A DNA stretch of 64,000 nucleotides from Candidatus Poribacteria bacterium. Lineage in GTDB: Bacteria > Poribacteria > WGA-4E > WGA-3G. The notes beneath the pieces were generated by a model, which had not been told where the DNA came from, searched no databases, and saw only the letters and a program-made list of their open reading frames with translations. The stretch is taken from the NCBI GenBank assembly GCA_965242965.1, contig OZ251518.1, positions 3,040,001-3,104,000 on the forward strand. Reading direction: 5' to 3'. Shown piece by piece: positions 58,157-64,000 of the stretch (the first letter of the stretch is position 1; the number at the start of each line of letters is the position of its first letter). Both the position numbers and the translations under genes were made by a program.

Positions 58157-59161
58157 ATGACCCGTTTAAGTTTGATGTTAATGTTAATGGCGTGTGTCGG
58201 GATGTTTGCCGGCATCGCCATCGCTCAAGACGCAGACGTTGCGGCGAGCGGCGGCACAGTCCGTGGCGATATTGTTGACACCACGACAGCCCAAAATCCG
58301 ATTCCGGGTGTGGAAGTTCGCATCGTCAACTCAGCCGGTGACGAATTTACGGCGCAAACCGATCAGGGCGGTTCTTATGAACACTCTGGCATTCCGGCAG
58401 GTCGTTACCTGATTAGTATCTACAGAGAAGGCTATGGCGACCGGACAGGTAAACCCGTTACCGTCGTGAACGGTGGAGACCACTTTGTCCCGTTGAAGAT
58501 GACGAAGAAGGACAATATCGTCAGTTTTTTCCAGAAATTCGGTTTCGTTTTCTGGCCGCTGGCACTTTGCTCCATCACGGCGTTAACCTTCATTATTGAG
58601 AGGCTTTTCACGTTCGCACGGAGCCGTTCGCGGATTGGGACAGAGCAGTTCATCGCGAGCATCACCGACTCCCTGCGGAAAGAGAACATTATGGAAGCGG
58701 TTTCTACCTGTGAAGAGGCCGGCGGTCCGCTCGCGAACGTCCTCAAGGCGGGGCTCCTGCGCTACAGCCAGGCTCAGATTGAGGAACGCGAAGTCACCAA
58801 AGAGGAAATTCAGGAAGCGATTGAGGAAGCGAGCCTTCTTGAGATTCCGGAGTTGGAAAGAAACCTGCCTGTGCTTGGCACGGTTGCAGTCGTCTCACCG
58901 CTGTTTGGTCTGCTCGGGACGGTGACAGGTATGATTAGTGCGTTTACCACAATCGCACTGGAAGGAACCGGTGACCCGCAGCAACTCGCAGGCGGTATCT
59001 CACAGGCACTCCTGACAACCGCTGCTGGGCTGACCGTCGCTATTCCGTGCCTGATTTTCTTCCAATTATTTGATAGTTGGGTAAATCGGCACATGGTAGA
59101 GATCTCCCAGGTTTCCACTGAGATTGTCAACCAGCTGATTGTTGGTGACGCGAGTGCTTAG
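58157..59161 (+). CDS. exbB: MotA/TolQ/ExbB proton-channel protein with an N-terminal carboxypeptidase-regulatory-like domain
   Basis: SPLFGLLGTVTGMI..F, LAGGISQALLTTAAGL.VAIP. Confidence 0.85.
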   Translation: MTRLSLMLMLMACVGMFAGIAIAQDADVAASGGTVRGDIVDTTTAQNPIPGVEVRIVNSAGDEFTAQTDQGGSYEHSGIPAGRYLISIYREGYGDRTGKPVTVVNGGDHFVPLKMTKKDNIVSFFQKFGFVFWPLALCSITALTFIIERLFTFARSRSRIGTEQFIASITDSLRKENIMEAVSTCEEAGGPLANVLKAGLLRYSQAQIEEREVTKEEIQEAIEEASLLEIPELERNLPVLGTVAVVSPLFGLLGTVTGMISAFTTIALEGTGDPQQLAGGISQALLTTAAGLTVAIPCLIFFQLFDSWVNRHMVEISQVSTEIVNQLIVGDASA

Positions 59162-59232
59162 TGTGGCCTTAGCGATATCGGTGGGCGCGCGGCGATGCGC
59201 GCCTGCCGGTGAACACAGAGGAGGACTCTGAA

Positions 59233-59682
59233 ATGCAACAGCTTGCCGAAGGCAAATTGAACCTGATTGCCACGAAGATTCGGGAACGCAAGGCACCGAC
59301 GCTGAGTATGGCACCGATGATTGATTGCGTCTTCCTGCTCCTGATTTTCTTCATGGTATCGACGACATTCTCGCCGATACCGGGCCTCCGGGTGCAACTG
59401 CCGCCGCCAGGGAAACCCTCTCCGGATAAACCGAAGGGGCTGACGGTGCGCATTGCGAACCCCGATGCTGGTCAAAGCAGGGGCACCATGGTCCTGAACG
59501 ACGAAGTCGTAGAGATTGATGAAATGTTTAACCGCTTCATCAACGCGCCGGAGGAAGCCACCAGCATGCTCATTATCCAATCCGAACGCGATGTGCTTCA
59601 CGAGCAGATCGTGCAGGTGATGGATATTGCGAAGCAAGCCGGTATTGACAAAATCGGGTTCGCGATTGTCGCGAGAGACTGA
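59233..59682 (+). CDS. exbD: ExbD/TolR family protein
   Basis: MAPMIDCVFLLLIFFMV; IVQVMDIAKQAG. Confidence 0.88.
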   Translation: MQQLAEGKLNLIATKIRERKAPTLSMAPMIDCVFLLLIFFMVSTTFSPIPGLRVQLPPPGKPSPDKPKGLTVRIANPDAGQSRGTMVLNDEVVEIDEMFNRFINAPEEATSMLIIQSERDVLHEQIVQVMDIAKQAGIDKIGFAIVARD

Positions 59683-59803
59683 CGTAAGGCTCTCGCGATA
59701 TGAGCATACCCAGAATGGACAGACCCGGGACGGGTAAGCGTGCTTTCAACGCGCGCCTACGGGCAATTGGGGCTGTCCATGTCCAGAAAGAAGGAGAATT
59801 CAG

Positions 59804-60225
59804 ATGGCTCTCAACATGTCCCGAAGACGGAATAAGGGCGACGACGATGACATTCCGATGGCCCCGATGATCGACTGCGTTTTTTTGCTGTTGATTTTCT
59901 TCATGGTATCGGCTGTTATGCGGGTTCCCCGCCGTTCACCGTCACGCTTCCGGATTCCGCAACGCAGCATGAATTCACCCGCAAGAAGTTCAACCTCTTT
60001 ATCAGCAGCGACGGGCGTATCTCCATCGATGACCAGGAGATGCTGTCGCTGGCGGACATGGAGCTTTTCATCGCGTCGCATGAGAACCAGATTAGCACGC
60101 TGATCATCAAAGCGGATAAGCGTGCGAAGCACGGCGTTGTCATTGACGTGGTGGAACGCGCGAAGATGCGCTCCAGTAAACCGGAGGGGCTTGAAATCGC
60201 ATTTGCGGTTTCGGAGGAGGACTAG
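59804..60225 (+). pseudogene. exbD: Second ExbD/TolR gene with a frameshift (or sequencing error)
   Basis: MAPMIDCVFLLLIFFMV is in one frame and PPFTVTLPDS...IIKADKRAKHGVV in another. One base appears to be missing in the C-run at 59927-59930. Confidence 0.8.
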
Positions 60226-60249
60226 TTCCTCATTCGGTGGAAAGAAAAG

Positions 60250-60278
60250 AAAAAAGGCAGCCGCGGCTGCCTTTTTTT
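60250..60278. terminator. Bidirectional intrinsic terminator
   Basis: AAAAAAGGCAGC-CGCG-GCTGCCTTTTTTT. Confidence 0.85.
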
Positions 60279-60385
60279 CTTGCAAAGAGTGAAAACTTTG
60301 TGGTATCATAATTAATGTCAAACAGGTAGCACAACAACGGCTACCTGGGCTACCTGTATTATCGCTTTAAGGAGCAACAAACTAT

Positions 60386-60892
60386 ATGCCAACTAATGTG
60401 CAAACGATAGGTGTTTGCTACATTCCCCAAGAGCAAGAACGGTGGTGTTGGGCTGCTTGTGCTGAAATGGTCTGTCACTATTACGATATCCGTGATGTGC
60501 GGCAATGCGATTTTGCGAATTGGATTTTTAGGTAGACGCACTGTTGCAAGGATCCGTCTAGTGCCGAATGCAATAGAGAATGCTTTGTGCATGACGTTTC
60601 GAGACTCTATTTGCAGTGGCATATTCGGAGCACGTTCATCGGGGAAGCAGTTCCGTTTTCCGTATTGCAGGCCGAAATTGATGCCGGGCGTCCTGTTGAA
60701 ATCGGCTTCCTTTGGGAAGGACGAAGGACAGGGCACGTGGTGCTCATCAGCGGATGGCACACAGAGGGCACCGAAGAATTTGTGCATGTGAACGATCCGA
60801 ATGATGGGTTTCAATTCTTAACTTACGATGAGTTACAAACAGCCTATGGCAGAGGCGAATGGGCCTACACTTGGACTGGCATTCGGAGGTAA
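60386..60892 (+). pseudogene. Papain-like (C39/AvrRpt2-like) cysteine protease interrupted by one in-frame TAG
   Basis: AAGGAG RBS, ATG 60386; QEQERWCWAAC, GHVVL, VNDP; TAG at 60533-60535 (codon 50) with the frame continuing. Confidence 0.75.
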
Positions 60893-60897
60893 ACGAA

Positions 60898-61443
60898 ATG
60901 GTTCAAACGCATCCTATCCCTGAAACGGCATTAAATGTCATTGCCGAACAGGTCGATAGATTATTCCCATTAATCGGCGGCGGGTGGGATCCGCCTCGGC
61001 AAGTGCCCAAACCCGATCAAACCTACCAGGTCTGGTTCTTGCCTGCCGATGCGATTGCGTCAGGCGAATCTGATTTCTTGGCGCGCGCGCGGAACACCGA
61101 ACGGTGGCATTGCCAAATTTGGTGGAATGACAAACCGACGTTCGTCGCGCGTTTCATCGTCCGTAACGGAGATACCTCAGATTTAGAGCTGCGGCAAGTC
61201 TTAGTCAGCGAATATGCGAACAGCATTGACGAAGCCATTCGTTGGGTGGATGCGAATGTTGAAGGCGAGCCGTTGATACGCATCCTCGACATTCCTGCGT
61301 GTTATATCACCGCGCTTTGGTTGAATGATGGTGATGAAAGCACCCTGGTCATCGCACGCCTTCCCCCGGGTCCGCAAGTGCTGAAACGTTTGGAGGTGTA
61401 TGCCGCGCGCGATTTCTTGAGAATATTGCGGCAAAAGCGGTGA
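60898..61443 (+). CDS. Hypothetical protein co-transcribed with the protease
   Basis: GGAGG RBS overlapping the end of the protease gene; WHCQI and RILDIPACYITALWL motifs. Confidence 0.65.
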   Translation: MVQTHPIPETALNVIAEQVDRLFPLIGGGWDPPRQVPKPDQTYQVWFLPADAIASGESDFLARARNTERWHCQIWWNDKPTFVARFIVRNGDTSDLELRQVLVSEYANSIDEAIRWVDANVEGEPLIRILDIPACYITALWLNDGDESTLVIARLPPGPQVLKRLEVYAARDFLRILRQKR

Positions 61444-61546
61444 GTTCTGAGCCTCTTTGACCAGGGCCCCGCTGCCGCAACGAAACGTTTTCCGTAAGAC
61501 AATAGGGCGAGGCTTGGTGCCTCGCCCTAGGAGAAATAACGAAAGT

Positions 61547-64000
61547 TTATCGTTTCCGCTGCCGCCGCGTTCTCCTTCTCTCACGCCGGACAGGCGCAGG
61601 AGGCGGCGGGGGCGGCGGTGTCACGACTTTGCGGAAGCGCGGTAGGAACGCCTCCCACTCGGAGAGGATTTCCGCTGCGCGGCAACTGCCTGTCAACTCA
61701 GCATGTTGACTGACGAGCGCACGCAAGCACGCGACATCTACCTCCGCCGTGACAGTTTCAAGTTTAATCAATTCCGGGTTACATCGCTGCTGGAACTGTC
61801 CGTCCTCGTCTAGCACGTAGGCAGTGCCGCCTGTCATCCCGGCACCGAAGTTGCGTCCCGTTTTGCCGAGAATGACGACGGTTCCCGCAGTCATATACTC
61901 GCATCCGTGGTCTCCCACACCTTCCACGACTGCGGTGGCACCGCTGTTTCGGACACAGAACCGTTCGCCGGCTATCCCGGCGGCGTAGAGTGTTCCGCCG
62001 GTCGCGCCGTAAAGCACCGTGTTCCCGATGATGGTATTTTCATGCGAACGGAACCGCGCCTTTTCATCAGGGCTGATGACGATTTCACCGCCTGCCAACC
62101 CTTTCCCGACATAGTCGTTTGCCTCGCCTGTCAGCCGAAGGTGCATCCCGTTGCTGCAGAAGGCACCGAAACTTTGCCCGGCACTGCCTTTGAAATGACA
62201 GCAAATCGTCCTGTCAGGCAGCCCTGCGTCGCCGTATTGCATGGCGATGTTCCCGGATACCTTCGCGCCCACCGTGCGGTGCGTATTCCGTATGGGATAA
62301 GACAATTCAATCGGCGTTTGCTGCGCAATGGCATCTGCAGCGTCCTGCAAAATCTTGTCATCGAGGGGCGGGTCTTCACGATTATTCCGTTCCTGCGTGT
62401 GATAGCGCGGCTTGGTGCCGGTTGCATCCGCTGGCGTGAGGATTTCCTCTAAGTTCAGCAGGGCGGCTTTTGGATAGTCCGACAAATCGGTGCGTTCAAG
62501 CAATTCGGGGCGGCCGATGACATCGTTCAGGGAACGGTGGCCGAGGTTCGCTAAGATGGCGCGCACTTCGTTGGCGATGCCCATCATGAAGTTGACAACC
62601 ATCTCCGGTGTGCCGTTATACTTGGCGCGCAGCCCCGGGTCTTGCGTTGCGATGCCGACGGGACAGGTGTTCAGATGGCACTGCCGCGCCATCACACAGC
62701 CTGTGGCTACCATCGCCATTGTGCCGAACCCGTATTCTTCGGCACCTAACATCGCGGCGATGACGATGTCGCGTCCGGAACGCATGCCGCCATCAACCCG
62801 CAGCACGACACGTTCGCGCAAATCGTTTTGGACGAGGGAGCGTTGCGTTTCCGCGAGGCCGAGTTCCCACGGCGTGCCAGCGTTCTTGATGGAACTGAGT
62901 GGCGATGCACCGGTGCCGCCTTCGTGTCCGCTAATCTGAATCACATCGGCGTAACCTTTCGCCACGCCTGACGCAATCGTGCCGACGAGGAATTCCGATA
63001 CCAACTTAACGGCAATCTTTGCGCGCGGGTTCGCTTGCTTCAAATCGTAGATGAGCTGCGCTAAATCTTCGATGGAATAAATGTCGTGGTGCGGCGGTGG
63101 TGAAATCAGCGGGACACCCGGCACCGAATGCCGAATCGCCGCAATCTCTGCTGTCACTTTATGCCCCGGAATCTGTCCACCTTCCCCAGGCTTTGAGCCT
63201 TGCGCCATTTTGATTTCTAATTCCTGCGCGGAGACGAGGTAAGTCGGTGTTACACCGAACCGTCCCGATGCCACCTGCTTCAAGGCACTTGAGGCGAGCT
63301 CTCCGTCTGGCCTTCGCTGGTAGCGTCCGCTGTCTTCGCCGCCTTCACCGCTGCCCGACTTTGCGCCGAGGCGGTTCATGGCGATGGCCAACGTTTCGTG
63401 TGTTTCACGGCTGAGCGCGCCGAAGGACATGCTCCCTGTCGTAAACCGGCGAACGATATCCTCCGCGGGCTCCACTTCTTCTAGTGGGATAGGCGTGCCG
63501 GGTTGGAAGTCCAGCAGTTCGCGTAAACTGGAAGGTTCTCCCCCCTCAACGGCGTTGACGTATTCCTCATAATCCTCCGTTTTTCCTGCCTTGACAAACT
63601 TGTGGAGTGACTTGAAAACAGATGGGTTATAGGCGTGGAACTCGCCGTTTCTGCGGAAGCGGAAATAACCGGCTTCTTCTAGGTTGCCATCGGCACCCGA
63701 AAACGCCTTCGTGTGGAAATGGAGCGTCTCATCGGCGATATGCTCAAACCCGATGCCGCCCAAGCGCGAGGTAGTGCCGGTAAAGCACCGTTCTATCACC
63801 GCTGCACTGATACCGATTGCCTCGAAAATTTGGGCACCGCGGTAACTTGACACCGTGGAGATGCCCATCTTCGCCATAATCTTCAAGATGCCTTTCTCAA
63901 TGGCTTCCTTATAGTTTGCTACCGCGGTTTCAGCGGTGAGTCCATCGAGTTCCTCCTTTTCGGCGAGTTGCGCGATGGTGGAAAAGACGAGATACGGATT
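61547..64000 (-). CDS. gltB: Glutamate synthase large subunit (5'-partial)
   Basis: MSFGALS, EIKMAQGSKPGEGGQ, SPPPHHDIYSIEDL, CHLNTCPVG, GXGXG domain; the frame is open to the window end. Confidence 0.97.
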   Translation of the reverse strand, partial: NPYLVFSTIAQLAEKEELDGLTAETAVANYKEAIEKGILKIMAKMGISTVSSYRGAQIFEAIGISAAVIERCFTGTTSRLGGIGFEHIADETLHFHTKAFSGADGNLEEAGYFRFRRNGEFHAYNPSVFKSLHKFVKAGKTEDYEEYVNAVEGGEPSSLRELLDFQPGTPIPLEEVEPAEDIVRRFTTGSMSFGALSRETHETLAIAMNRLGAKSGSGEGGEDSGRYQRRPDGELASSALKQVASGRFGVTPTYLVSAQELEIKMAQGSKPGEGGQIPGHKVTAEIAAIRHSVPGVPLISPPPHHDIYSIEDLAQLIYDLKQANPRAKIAVKLVSEFLVGTIASGVAKGYADVIQISGHEGGTGASPLSSIKNAGTPWELGLAETQRSLVQNDLRERVVLRVDGGMRSGRDIVIAAMLGAEEYGFGTMAMVATGCVMARQCHLNTCPVGIATQDPGLRAKYNGTPEMVVNFMMGIANEVRAILANLGHRSLNDVIGRPELLERTDLSDYPKAALLNLEEILTPADATGTKPRYHTQERNNREDPPLDDKILQDAADAIAQQTPIELSYPIRNTHRTVGAKVSGNIAMQYGDAGLPDRTICCHFKGSAGQSFGAFCSNGMHLRLTGEANDYVGKGLAGGEIVISPDEKARFRSHENTIIGNTVLYGATGGTLYAAGIAGERFCVRNSGATAVVEGVGDHGCEYMTAGTVVILGKTGRNFGAGMTGGTAYVLDEDGQFQQRCNPELIKLETVTAEVDVACLRALVSQHAELTGSCRAAEILSEWEAFLPRFRKVVTPPPPPPPAPVRRERRRTRRQRKR

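Noticed and set aside
59683-59803. Riboswitch between the exbD genes
   Set aside because: The structure is largely explained by a GTAG-type hairpin (reverse GTAGGCGCGCGTTGAAAGCACGCTTAC) inside a short outer stem, and no known aptamer consensus is present.
60533-60535. Genome-wide TAG recoding or pyrrolysine
   Set aside because: Conserved genes such as recX and iolG end at TAG in the expected position, and no pyl genes are visible.

Overview
A gene-dense bacterial window, most consistent with Candidatus Poribacteria. This assignment is inference from three secreted LamG proteins ending in V-x-P-x-x-K-x-x-T-x-W-x-x-[LV]-K, a BMC-H/PduL satellite locus, an FRG-TPR protein and inositol catabolism genes. 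Housekeeping genes include recX, alaS, gatCA, pcrA/uvrD, uvrA, ctpA, msrP and a partial gltB. An iolA-iolE-iolG cluster is split by two insertions: a GHKL-ATPase/nuclease plus C5-methyltransferase R-M cassette, and a decayed PIN toxin-antitoxin locus carrying a phage-like fragment. Intergenic DNA holds many families of GTAG-capped REP-like palindromes, and some are translated in frame inside uvrA and a duplicated nucleotidyltransferase-like protein. Main highlights: (1) two unrelated genes, a PIN toxin and a membrane coiled-coil protein, each contain an internal RBS+ATG for a C-terminal module that is duplicated head-to-tail as a diverged standalone cassette; (2) a 1108-aa unknown lipoprotein/outer-membrane-like protein precedes ExbB-ExbD-ExbD with no TonB; (3) a papain-like protease has a single in-frame TAG; (4) a 50-aa basic ORF with its own promoter is missing from the ORF track; (5) a repeat supplies the ribosome-binding site of iolE and gatA. 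I recognised no tRNA, rRNA, CRISPR array, transposase or integrase. All family assignments come from motif recognition, not database searches.
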